From the NCBI RefSeq assembly GCF_009914755.1, contig NC_060933.1: a DNA stretch of 64,000 bases. The stretch is one strand, 5' to 3'. Shown in pieces: positions 43,075-56,004 of this stretch. This DNA is from the human T2T-CHM13v2.0 reference genome, Homo sapiens. The notes under the pieces were generated by a model. It had not been told where the DNA came from and did not search any database. It was given only the letters and a program-made list of their open reading frames with translations. Position numbers and translations under genes: made by a program. How positions within the stretch are numbered: the stretch's first letter is position 1; the number at the start of each line of letters is the position of its first letter.

Positions 43075-46000
43075 TTCCGGTTAATTCCATTCCATTCCAT
43101 TCCATTCCATTCCAATCCATTCCATGCCATTCCACTCGGGTTTATTCCATTCCTTTCCATTCCATTCGGGTTGAATCCTTTCCATTCCATTCCATTCCAT
43201 TCCATTCAATTCCATTACATAGCACTCGGGTTGATTCCATTGCATTCCATTCCATTCCATTGCATTCCATTCCATTCCATTCCATTCCATTGCATTCCAT
43301 TCCATGCCATTCCACTCGGGTTGATTCCATTCCTTTCCATTCCATTCGAGTTGAACCCATTCCATTCCATTCCATTCCATTCCATTCCATTCCATTCCAT
43401 TGCAATCGAATTGATTCCATTCCATTCCATTCCATTCCATTCCATTCCATTCCATTCCATTCCATGCCATTCCACTCGGGTTGATTCCATTGCTTTCCAT
43501 TCGATTTGGGTTGAATCCAATCCATTCCATTCCATTCAATTCCATTCCTTTCCATTGCACTAGGTTTGATTCCATTCCACAGCATTCCATTCCATTCCAT
43601 TCCATTCCATTCCATTCCATTCCATTCCATTCCATTCCATTCCATTCCATTCCACTCGGGATGATTCCATTCCTTTCCATTCCATTCGGGTTGAAACCAT
43701 TCCATTCCATTCCATTCCTTTCGATTCCATTCCATTACACTTGGGTTGATCCCATTCCATTGCATTGCATTCCATTCCATTGCATTCCATTCCGTTCCAT
43801 TCCATTCCATTACATTCGTATTGATTCTATTCAATTCCCTTACACTCCATTACATTCCATTCCATTCGGGTTGTTTCCATTCCATTCCATTCCATTCCAC
43901 TCCATTCCATTGCAATCGGGTTGATTCCATTCCATTCCATTCCATTCCATTCCGTATGATTCCATTCCATTGCATTGCATTCCATTCCATTCCCCTGCAC
44001 TCGGGTGGATTCCATTCTATTCCATTCCATTCCATTGCATTCCATTCCATTCCATTCCACTCCACTAAATGCCATTCCACTCGGGTTTAATCCATTCCTT
44101 TCCATTCCATTCGGGTTGAATCCATTCCATTCCATTCCCTTCCACTCAATTCCATTACATTGCACTCGGGTTGATTCCATTCCATTCCATTCCATTCCAT
44201 TCCATTCCATTCCATTCCATTCCATTCCATTCCATTTCGTTCTTTTCCATTCTATTCCGTACCATTCCATTCCATTCCTTTGCATTCCATGCCATTCCAC
44301 TCGTGTTTATTCCATTCATTTTCATTCCATTCGGGTTGAATCCATTCCATTCCATTCCATTCCATTCCATTCCATTCCATTCCATTGCACTAGGTTTGAT
44401 TCCATTCCACTGCATTCCATTCCATTCCATTCCATTCCATTCCATTGCATTCCATTCCGTTCCATTCCATTCCATTACATTCGGTTTGATTGTATTCAAT
44501 TCCCTTGCACTCCATTTCATTCCATTCCATTCAGGTTGTTTCCATTCCATTCCAATCCATTCCATTCCATCCCATTGCAATCGAGGTGATTCCATTGCAT
44601 TCCATTCCATTCCATTCCATTGCATTCCATTCCATTGCATTCCCCTGCACTCAGATTGATTCCATTCCATTCCTTTCCATTCCATTCCGTTCCATTCCTT
44701 TCCATTCCATTCTATTTGCGTTAATTCCGTTCCATTCCATTCCATTACATTCCTTTGCAATCGAGTTGATTCCATTCCATTCCGTTCCATTCCATTCCAT
44801 TCCATTCCATTCCATTCCATGCCATTCCACTCGGGTTGATTCCATTCCTTTCCATTCCATTCGAGTTGAATCCATTCCATTCCATTCTATTCCATTCGAT
44901 TCCATTCCATTGCTCACGTGTTCATTCCATTCCATTCCATTCCATTCCATTCCATTCCATTCCATTTCGTTCCATTCCATTCTCTTCCGTAGTATTCCAT
45001 TCCATTCCATTCCACTCCATTCCATGCCATTCCACTGGGGTTTATTCCATTCCTTTCCATTCCATTCGGGTTGAATTCATTCCATTCCATTCCACTCCAT
45101 TCCATTCAATTCCATTACATTGCACTCGGGTTGATTCCATTGCATTCCATTCCATTTCAATCCATTCCCTTCCATTCCATTTCATTCCATTCCATTCCAT
45201 TCCATTCCATTCCATTCCATGCCATTCCACTCGGGTTGATTCCATTACTTTCCATTCCATTCTAGTTGAACCCATTCCATTCCATTCCATTCCATTCCAT
45301 TCCATTGCACACGGAATGGAATGGAATGGAAACAACCCGAATGGAATGGAATGTAATGGAGTGTAAGGGAATTGAATACAATCAATCCGAATGTAATGGA
45401 ATGGAATGGAACGGAATGGAATGGAATGGAATGCAGTGGAATGGAATCAAACCTAGTGCAATGGAATGGAATGGAATGGAATGGAATGGAATGGAATGGA
45501 ATGGAATGGATTGGATTCAACCCAAATGGAATGGAAAGCAATGGAATCAACCCGAGTGGAATGGCATGGAATGGAATGGAATGGAATGGAATGGAATGGT
45601 ACAGAATAGAATGGAATGGAACGAAATGGAATGGAATGGAATGGAATGGAACGGAATGGAATTAACGCGAATAGAATGGAATGGAATGTAATGGAACGGA
45701 ATGGAATGGAATGGGATGGAATGGAATCAATCTGAGTGCAGGGGAGTGGAATGGAATGGAATGCAATGGAATGCAATGGAATGGAATGGAATGCAATGGA
45801 ATCAACTAGATTGCAATGGGATGGAATGGAATGGAATGGAATGGAAGGGAATGGAATGGAATGGAATTAACCTGAACAGAATGGAATGGAATGGAATGGA
45901 ACGGAATGGAAGGGAATGGAATGGAATGGAATTAACCTGAACAGAATGGAATAGAATGGAATGGAACGGAATGGAATGGAATGGAATGGAATGGAATGCA

Positions 46001-49000
46001 ATGGAATGGGATCAATCAACCCGAGTACAATAGAATGCAGTGGAATGGAATGGAATGGAATGGAAAGTACCCGAATGGAATGGAATGTAATGGAGTGTAA
46101 GGGAATTAAAAAGAATCAATCCGAATGTAATGGAATGGAATTGAAAGGAAAGGAATGGAAAGGAATGGAACGGAATGGAACGGAATGAAATGGAATGGCA
46201 TAGAACGGAATGGAATCAACCCGAGCGCAATGGAATGGAATGGAATGGAATGGAATGGATTCAACCCGAATGGAATGGAAAGGAATGGAATAAACCCGAG
46301 TGAAATGGCATGGAAGGGAATGGAATGGAATGGAATGGTACGGAGTAGAATGGAATGGAACGAAATGGAATGGAATGGAATGGAATGGAATGGAATGGAA
46401 TGGAATGAACCCGTGAGCAATGGAATGGAATGGAATGGAATGGGATGGAATGGAAGGGAATGGAATGGGTTCAATTCGAATGGAATGGAAAGGAATGGAA
46501 TCAACCCGAGTGCAATGGCATGGAATGGAATGGAATGGAATGGAATGGAATGGATTCAACCCGAATGGAATGGAAAGGAATGGAATAAACCCGAGTGGAA
46601 TGGCATGGAATGGAGTGGAATGGAATGGAATGGAATGGAATGGAATGGAATGGAATTAACCCTAATAGAATGGAATGGAATGCAATGGAATGGAATGGAA
46701 TGGAATTGAATGGAAGGGAATGGAATGGAATGGAATGGAATGGAATGGAATGGAATTAACACGAATAGAATGGAATGGAATGGAATGGAATGGAATGGAA
46801 TGGAATCAACTCGATTTCAATGGAATGGAATGGAATGGAATGGAATGGAATGGAATGGAAGGGAATGGAATGAAATTAACCCGAATAGAATGGAATGGAA
46901 TGGAATGGAATGGAATGGAATGGAATGGAATAGAATGGAATCCAACCGAGTGCAGTGGGATGGAATGGAATGGAATGCAATGGAATGGAATCATACGGAA
47001 TGGAATGGAATGGAATGGAATGAAATGGAATGGAATGCAATGGAATGGAATGGAATCAACCCGATTGCAATGGAATGGAGTGGAATGGAATGGAATGGAA
47101 TGGAAACAACCCGAATGGAATGGAATGTAATGGAGAGTAAGGGAATTGAATAGAATCAATACGAATGTAATGGAATGGAATGGAACGGAATGGAATGCAA
47201 TGGAATGGAATGGAATGCAATGGAATGGGATCAACCCGAGTGAAATGGAATGGAATCGAAAGGAATGGAATGGAATGGAATGGTTTCAACCCGAATGGAA
47301 TGGAAAGGAATGGAATCAACCCGAGTGGAATGGAATGGAATGGAATGGAATGGAATGGAATGGAATGGGTTCAACTCGAATGGAAGGGAAAAGAATGGAA
47401 TCAACCCGAGTGGAATGGCATGGAATGGAATGAATGGAATGGAATGGAATGGAATGGAATGTAATGGATTCAACGCGAATGGAATGGAAGGGAATGGAAT
47501 AAACCCGAGTGGAATGGCATGGAATGGAGTGGAATGGAATTGAATGGAAGGGAATGGTACGCAATAGAATGGAATGGAACGAAATGGAATGGAATGGAAT
47601 GGAATGGAATGGAATGGAATGGAATGGAATGGAATCAACCTGAGTGCAATGGAATGGAGTGGAAGGGAATGTAATGGAACGGAAACAACACGAATGGAAT
47701 GGAATGTAATGGAGTGTAAGGGAATTGAATACAATCAATCCGAATGTAATGGAATGGAATGGAACGGAATGGAATGGAATGCAATGGAATGGAATGGAAT
47801 GGAATGGAATGGAATGAAATGGAATGGCAGGGAATGGAATGGAATCAACCCGAGTGCAATGGAATGGAATGGAATGGAATGGAATGGAATGGAATGGATT
47901 CAACCCGAATGGAATGGAAAGGAATGGAATAAACCCGAGTGGAATGGCATGGAAGGGAATGGAATGGAATGGAATGGTACGGAATAGAATGGAATGGAAC
48001 GAAATGGAATGGAATGGAATGGAATGGAATGGAATGGAATGGAATGGAATGGAATCAACCTGAGTGCAATGGAATGGAATGGAATGGAATGGAATGGAAT
48101 GGAAACAACCCGAATGGAACGGAATGTAATGGAGTGTAAGGAATTGAATACAATCAATCCGAATGTAATGGAATGGAATGGAACGGAATGGAATGGAATG
48201 GAATGCACTGAAATGGAATCAAACCTAGTGCAATGGAATGGAATGGAATGGAATGGAATGGAATGGATTGGATTCAACACAAATGGAATGGAAAGCAATA
48301 GAATCAACCCGAGTGGAATGGCATGGAATGGAATGGAATGGAATGGAATGGAATGGTACGGAATAGAATGGAATGGAACGAAATGGAATGGAATGGAATG
48401 GAATGGAACGGAATGGAATGGAATCAACTCGATTGCAATGGAATGTAATGGAATGGAATGGAATTAACGCGAATAGAATGGAATGGAATGGAATGGAACG
48501 GAATGGAATGGAATGGGATGGAATGGAATCAATCTGAGTGCTGGGGGATGGAATGGAATGGAATGCAATGGAATGGAATGTAATGGAATGGAATGCAATG
48601 GAATGGAATGTAATGGAATGGAATGCAATGGAATGGAATGGAATGGAATGGAATGCAATGGAATCAACTCGATTGCAATGGGATGGAATGGAATGGAATG
48701 GAATGGAATGGAAGGGAATGGAATGGAATGGAATTAACCTGAACAGAATGGAATGGAACGGAATGGAATGGAATGGAATGGAATGGAATCAACCCGATTT
48801 CAATGGAATGGAGTGGAATGGAATGGAATGGAATGGAAACAACCCGAATGGAATGGAACGTAATGGAGTGTAAGGGAATTGAATAGAATCAATACGAATG
48901 TAATGGAATGGAATGGAACGGAATGGAATGCAATGGAATGGAATGCAATGCAATGGAATGGGATAAACCCGAGTGTAATGGAATGGAATCGAAAGGAATG

Positions 49001-52000
49001 GAATGGAATGGAATGGTTTCAACACGAATGGAATGGAAAGGAATGGAATCATCCCGAGTGGAATGGAATGGAATGGAATGGAATGGAATGGAATGGAATG
49101 GAATGGAAAGGAATGGACCCGTGTGCAATGGAATGGAATAGAATGGAATGGAATGGAATGGAATGGATTCAAGTCGAATGGAATGGAAAGGAATGGAATC
49201 AACCCGAATGGAATGGCATGGAATGGAATGGCATGAAATGGAATGGAATGGAATGGAATGGTACGGAATAGAACGGAATGAAACGAAATGGAATGGAATG
49301 GAATGGAATGGAAAGGAATGGAATGGAATCAACCCGAGTGCAGGGGAATGGAATGGAATGGAAGGCAATGGAATGCAATCATCCGGAATTGAATGGAATG
49401 GAATGGAATGGAATGGAGTCAACTCGATTGCAATGGAATGTAATGGAATGGAATGGAATGGAATTAACCCTAATAGAATGGAGTGGAATGGAATGGAAGG
49501 GAATGGAATGGAATGGAATGGAATGGAATTAACCGGAATAGAATGCAATGGAATGGAATGGAATGGAATGGAATGGAATGGAATGAAATGGAATCAACTC
49601 GATTTCACTGGAATGGAATGGAATGCAATGGAATGGAATGGAATGGAATGGAATGAAATTAACCCGAATAGAATGGAATGGAATGGAATGGAATGGAATG
49701 GAATGGAATGGAATAGAGTGGAATGGAATGGAATGGAATAGAATGGAATCCACCCGAGTGCAGGGGAATGGAATGGAATGGCATGCAATGGAATGGAATC
49801 ATACGGAATGGAATGGAATGGAATGGAATGGAATGGAATCAACCCGATTGCAATGGAATGGAGTGGAATGGAATGGAATGGAATGGAAACAACCCGAATG
49901 GAATGGAATGGAATGGAGTGTAAGGGAAGTGAATAGAATCAATACGAATGTAATGGAATGGAATGGAACGGAAAGGAATGAAATGGAATGGAATGGAATC
50001 CAATGGAATGGGTTCAACCCGAGTGCAATGGAATGGAATCGAAAGTAATGGAATGGAATGGAATGGATTCAACACGAATGAAATGGAAAGGAATGGAATC
50101 AACCCGAGTGGAATGGAATTTAATGGAATGGAATGGAATGGAATGCAGTGAAATGGAATCAAACCTAGTGCAATGGAATGGAATGGAATGGAATGGAATG
50201 GAATGGAATGGAATGGAATGGATTAGATTCAACCCAAATGGAATGGAAAGCAATGGAATCAACCCGAGTGGAATGGCATGGAATGGAATGGAATGGAATG
50301 GAATGGAAAGGTACGGAATAGAATGGAATGGAACGAAATGGAATGGAATGGAATGGAATGGAATGGAATGGAATGGAATGGAATAGAATGGAATCCACCC
50401 GATTGCAGGGGAATGGTATGGAATGGAATGCAATGGAATGGAATGGAATGGATTCAACCCGAATGGAATGGAAAGGAAAGGAATAAACCCGAGTGAAATG
50501 GCATGGAAGGGAATGGAATGGAATGCAATGGTACGGAGTAGAATGGAATGGAACGAAATGGAATGGAATGGAATGGAATGGAATGGAATTGGATGGAATG
50601 AACCCGTGAGCAATGGAATGGAATGGAATGGAATGGAATGGAATGGAATGGAATGGAATGGGTTCAACTCGAATGGAATGGAAAGGAATGGAATCAACCC
50701 GAGTGGAATGGCATGGAATGGAATGGAATGGAATGGAATGGCATGGAATGGAATGGAATGGATTCAACCCGAATGGAATGGATTCAACCCGAATGGAATG
50801 GAAAGGAATGGAATAAACCCGAGTGGAATGGCATGGAATGGAGTGGAATGGAATGGAATGGAAGGGAATGGTACGGAATAGAATGGAATGGAACGAAATG
50901 GAATGGAATGGAATGGAATGGAATGGAATGGAATGGAATGGAATGAACCCGTGTGCAATTGAATGGAATCGAATGGAATGGAATGCAATGGAATGGATTC
51001 AACTAGAATGGAATGGAAAGGAATGGAATCAACTCGAGTGGAATGGCATGGCATGGAATGGAATGGAATGGAATGGAATGGAATGGAAAGGTACGGAATA
51101 GAATGGAATGGAACGAAATGGAATGGAATGGAATGGAATGAATGGAATGGAATGGAATAGAATGGAATCCACCCGATTGCAGGGGAATGGAATGGAACGG
51201 AATACAATGGAATGGAATGGAATGGATTCAACCCGAATGGAATGGAAAGGAATGGAATCAACCCGAGTGGAATGGCATGGAAAGGAATGGAATGGAATGG
51301 AATGGAATGGTACGGAATAGAATGGAATGGAACGAAATGGAATGGAATGGAATGGAATGGAATGGAATGGAATGGAATGGAATGGAATCAACCTGAGTGC
51401 AATGGAATGGAGTGGAATGGAATGTAATGGAACGGAAACAACCCGAATGGAATGGAATGTAATGGAGTGTAAGGGAATTGAATACAATCAATCCGAATGT
51501 AATGGAATGGAATGGAACGGAACGGAATGGAATGGAATGGAATGGAATGAAATGGAATGGCAGGGAATGGAATGGAATCAACCCGAGTGAAAAGGAATGG
51601 AATGGAATGGAATGGAATGGAATGGAATGGAATGGATTCAACCCGAATGGAATGGAAAGGAATGTAATAAACCTGAGTGGAATGGCATGGAATGGAATGG
51701 AATGGAATGGAATGGTACGGAATAGAATGGAATGGAACGAAATGGAATGGAATGGAATGGAATGGAATGGAATCAACCTGAGTGCAATGGAATGGAGTAG
51801 AATGGAAAGTAATGGAATGGAAACAACCCGAATGGAATGGAATGTAATGGAGTGTAAGGGAATTGAATACAATCAATCCGAATGTAATGGAATGGAATGG
51901 AACGGAATGGAATGGAATGGAATGCAGTGGAATGGAATCAAACCTAGTGCAATGGAATGGAATGGAATGGAATGGAATGGAATGGAATGGAATGGATTGG

Positions 52001-53160
52001 ATTCAACCCAAATGGAATGGAAAGCAATGGAATCAACCCGAGTGGAATGGCATGGAATGGAATGGAATGGAATGGAATGGTACAGAATAAAATGGAATGG
52101 AACGAAATGGAATGGAATGGAATGGAATGGAACGGAATAGAATGGAATCAACTCGATTGCAATGGAATGTAATGGAATGGAATGGAATGGAATTAACGCG
52201 AATAGAATGGAATGGAATGTAATGGAACGGAATGGAATGGAATGGGATGGAATGGAATCAATCTGAGTGCAGGAGAATGGAATGGAATGGAATGCAATGG
52301 AATGGAATGGAATGGAATGGAATGCAATGGAATCAACTAGATTGCAATGGGATGGAATGGAATGGAATGGAATGGAAGGGAATGGAATGGAATGGAATTA
52401 ACCTGAACAGAATGGAATGGAATGGAATGGAACGGAATGGAATGGAATGGAATGCAATGGAATGGAATGCAATGCAATGGGATCAACCCGAGTGCAGGGG
52501 AATGGAATGGAATGGAATGCAATGGAATGGAATCAATCAACCCGAGTGCAATAGAATGAAGTGGAATGGAATGGAATGGAATGGAAAGTACCCGAATGGA
52601 AAGGAATATAATGGAGTGTAAGGGAATTAAAAAGAATCAATCCGAATGTAATGGAATGGAATGGAACGGAATGGAATGGAATGGAATGGAATGGAATGGA
52701 ATGGAATGACATGGAATGGCATGGAATGGAATGGAATCAACCCGAGTTCAATGGATTGGAATCAAATGGAATGGAATGGAATGGAATGGATTCAACCCGA
52801 ATGGAATGGAAAGGAATGGAATAAACCCGAGTGAAATGGCATGGAAGGGAATGGAATGGAATGGAATGGTAAGGAATAGAATGGAATGGAACGAAATGGA
52901 ATGGAATGGAATGGAATGGAATGGAATGGAATGGAATGAACACGTGTGCAATGGAATGGAATGGAATGGAATGGAATGGAATGGAATGGAATGGGTTCAA
53001 CCAGAATGGAATGGAAAGGAATGGAATCAACCCGAGTGGAATGGCATGGAATGGAATGGAATGGAATGGAATGAAATGGAATGGTAGGGAATGGATTGAA
53101 ATGGAATGGAATGGAATGGAATCAACCCGAGTGCAATGTAATGGAATTCAATGGAATGGA
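43075..53160. repeat. Distinct HSat3 sequence variant (core layer) surrounding the inversion
   Basis: Enriched for CATGCCATTCCACTCGGG...CTTTCCATTCCATTCG(G/A)GTTGAA(T/C)CC, GCACTAGGTTTG, GGGTTGTTTCC, GAATACAATC and ATTAACCTGAACAG. It lacks the flank markers CAAGTTGAAT, CCGGAAGA, ACTCCCTTACTCTCC and CGAATACATTCCCTCC. Confidence 0.85.
45285..45331. other. Inversion (strand-switch) breakpoint with a 19-bp perfect inverted repeat and 9-nt loop
   Basis: The sequence reads ...TTCCATTCCATTCCATTCC ATTGCACAC GGAATGGAATGGAATGGAA... Bases 45285-45303 are the exact reverse complement of 45313-45331, and there is no foreign insert. Confidence 0.96.
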
Positions 53161-53714
53161 ATAGAATGTAATGGAACGGAATGCAATGGAATGGAATCAT
53201 CCGGAATGGAATGGAATGGAATGGAATGGAATGGAATCAACCCGAGTGCAATGGAATGGAGTGGAATGGAATGGAATGGAATGGAACAACTCGAATGGAA
53301 CGGAATGTAATGGAGAGTAAGGGAGTTGAATAGAATCAATCCGAATGTAATGGAATGAAATGCAACGGAATGGAATGGAATGGAATGGAATGGAATGCAA
53401 TGGAATGGAATCAACCCGAGTACAATGGAATGGAATGGAATGGAATGGAATGGAATGGAATGGAATGGAATGGAATGGAATGCCTTCAAACCGAATGGAA
53501 TGGAAATAATGGAATCAACACGAGTGGAAAAGCATGGATTGGAATGGAATGGAATGGAATCAACCCGAGTACAGGGGAATGGAATGGAATGGAATGCAAT
53601 GGAATGGATTCATCCGTAATGGAATGGAAAGGAATGGAATGGAATGGAATGGAATGGAATGGAATGGAATGGAAAGGAATCAACTCGATTGCAATCGAAT
53701 GGAATGGAATGGAA

Positions 53715-55540
53715 TTAACCCGAATAGAATGGAATGGAATTTAATGGAACGGAACGGAACAGAATGGAATGGAATGGAATGGAATGGAATGGAATGGAAT
53801 GGAATGGAATCAACCCGACTGCAGGGGAATGGAATGGAATGGAATGCAATGGAATGCATTCAACTTGAATGGAATGGAAAGAATGGAATCAACACGAGTG
53901 GAATGGCATGGATTGGAATGGAATGGAATGGAATCAACCCGAGTAGAGGCGAATGGAATGGAATGGAATGCAATGGAATGGAATCATCCGTAATGGAATG
54001 GAAAGGAATGGAATGGAATGGAATTAACCCGAATAGAATGGAATGGAATGGAATGGAACAGAATGGAACGGAAAGGAATGGAATGGAATGGAATGGAATG
54101 GAATGGTATGGAATCGAATGGAATGGTATGGAATAGAATGGAATGGAACGAATTGTAATGGAATGCAATTGAATGGAATGGAATGGAATGGAATGGAATC
54201 AACGCGAGTGCAGGGGAATGTAATGGAACGGAATGCAATGGAATGGAATCATCCGGAATGGAATGGAATGGAATGGAATGGAATGGAATCAACCCGAGTG
54301 CAATGGAATGGAGTGGAATGGAATGGAATGGAATGGAACAACCCGAATGGAATGGAATGTAATGGAGAGTAAGGGAGTTGAATAGAATCAATCCGAATGT
54401 AATGGAATGGAATGCAACGGAATGGAATGGAATGGAATGGAATGGAATGCAATGGAATGGAATCAACCCGAGTACAATGGAATGGAATGGAATGGAATGG
54501 AATGGAATGGAATGGAATGGAATGAAATGGAAGGATACGGAATAGAATGGAATGGAACGAAATGGAATGGAATGGAATGGAATGGAATGGAATGGAATGG
54601 AATGGAATGGAATCGTTCCGAGTGGAATAGGAGGGAATGTATTCGAGTGGAATGGAAAGGAATGGAATCAACCAGAGTGGAATGGAAGGGAATGGAATGG
54701 AATGGAAATTAATAGAATGGAATCAACCCGAGTGGAATGGAATGGAAAGGACTGGAATGGAATGGAATGGAATGGAATCAACTCGATTGTAATGGAATGG
54801 AATGGAATGGAATGGAATGGAATGGAATGGAATGGAATGGAATGGAGTGGAATGGAATGGAATCAACCCGAATGCAGGGGAATGGAATGGAATGGAATGC
54901 AATGGAATGGAATCATCCGGAATGGAATGGAATGGAATGGAATGCAAAGCAATGGAATCAACTCGATTGCAATGGAATGGAATGGAATGGAAAGGAATAC
55001 ATTGGAATCAACCCGACTGGAATGGAATGGAAAGGACTGGAATGGAGTGGAATGGAATGGAATGGAATGGAATGGAATGGAATGAACTCGATTGGAATGG
55101 AATGGAATGGAATGGAATGGAATGGAATGGAATGGAATTAACCCGAATAGAATGGAATGGAATGGAATGGAACGGAACGGAACGGAACGGAATGGAATGG
55201 AATGGAATGGAATGGAATGGAATGGAATGGAATCAACCCGACTGCAGGGGAATGGAATGGAATGGAATGCAATGGAATGGACTCAACTTGAATGGAATGG
55301 AAAGAATGGAATCAACACGAGTGGAATGGCATGGATTGGAATGGAATGGAATGGAATCAACCCGAGTACAGGGGAATGGAATGGAATGGAATGCAATGGA
55401 ATGGAATCATCCGTAATGGAATGGAAAGGAATGGAATGGAATGGAATGGAATGGAATGGAATGGAATGGAATGGAATCAACTCGATTGCAATCGAATGGA
55501 ATGGAATGGAATTAACCCGAATAGAATGGAATGGAATGGA
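53715..55540 (-). repeat. Inverted paralog of ~1150-2970
   Basis: Collinear module order with matched coordinates summing to ~56,680-56,700. Shared rare variants are CTATTAATTTCC, CCAGTCGGG, CTCTACTCGGG, GTTGAATGCATTCC and CTTTCCGTTCCATTCTGTTCC. Confidence 0.8.
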
Positions 55541-56004
55541 ATGGAACGGAACGGAATGGAATGGAATGGAATGGAATGGAATGGAATGGAATGGAATGGA
55601 ATGGAATGGAATTAACCCGAATACAATGCAATGGAATGGAATGGAACGGAATGGAGTGGAATGGAATGGAATCAACCCGAGTGCAGGGGAATGGAATGGA
55701 ATGGAATGCAATGGAAAGGAATCATCCGGAATGGAATGGAATGGAATGGAATGCAAAGCAATGGAATCAACTCGATTGCAATGGAATGGAATGGAATGGA
55801 AAGGAATACATTGGAATCAACCCGAGTGGAAAGGAATGGAAAGGACTGGAATGGAGTGGAATGGAATGGAATGGAATGGAATGGAATGGAAAGGAATCAA
55901 CTTGATTGGAATGGAATGGAATGGAATGGAATGGAATTAACCCGAATAGAAAGGAATGGAATGGAATGGAACGGAACGGAACAGAATGGAATGGAATGGA
56001 ATGG

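Larger units (their letters stand above)
1..45312 (+). repeat. Satellite III (HSat3) array, left arm, (CATTC)n on + strand
   Basis: Continuous CATTC pentamers with variants (CATTG, CGTTC, CTTTC, TATTC) and very frequent ACTCGGGTTG decamers, which is the established Sat3 signature CAACCCGAGT(GGAAT)n. It lacks the CGATGAT-dominated pattern of HSat2. Confidence 0.98.

Noticed and set aside
45285-45331. Intrinsic terminator or transposon terminal inverted repeat
   Set aside because: There is no U-tract, gene, target-site duplication or internal element. The hairpin is simply the inversion apex.
45042-45691. Chimeric ORFs crossing the junction (IPFHS changing to MEWNG)
   Set aside because: These follow directly from the strand switch and are not a fusion gene.
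7560-52420. Near-identical offsets of 3719 bp (flank duplication) and 3718 bp (core blocks)
   Set aside because: The sequences are unrelated and the core offset drifts between about 3718 and 3750, so I treat the match as coincidence.
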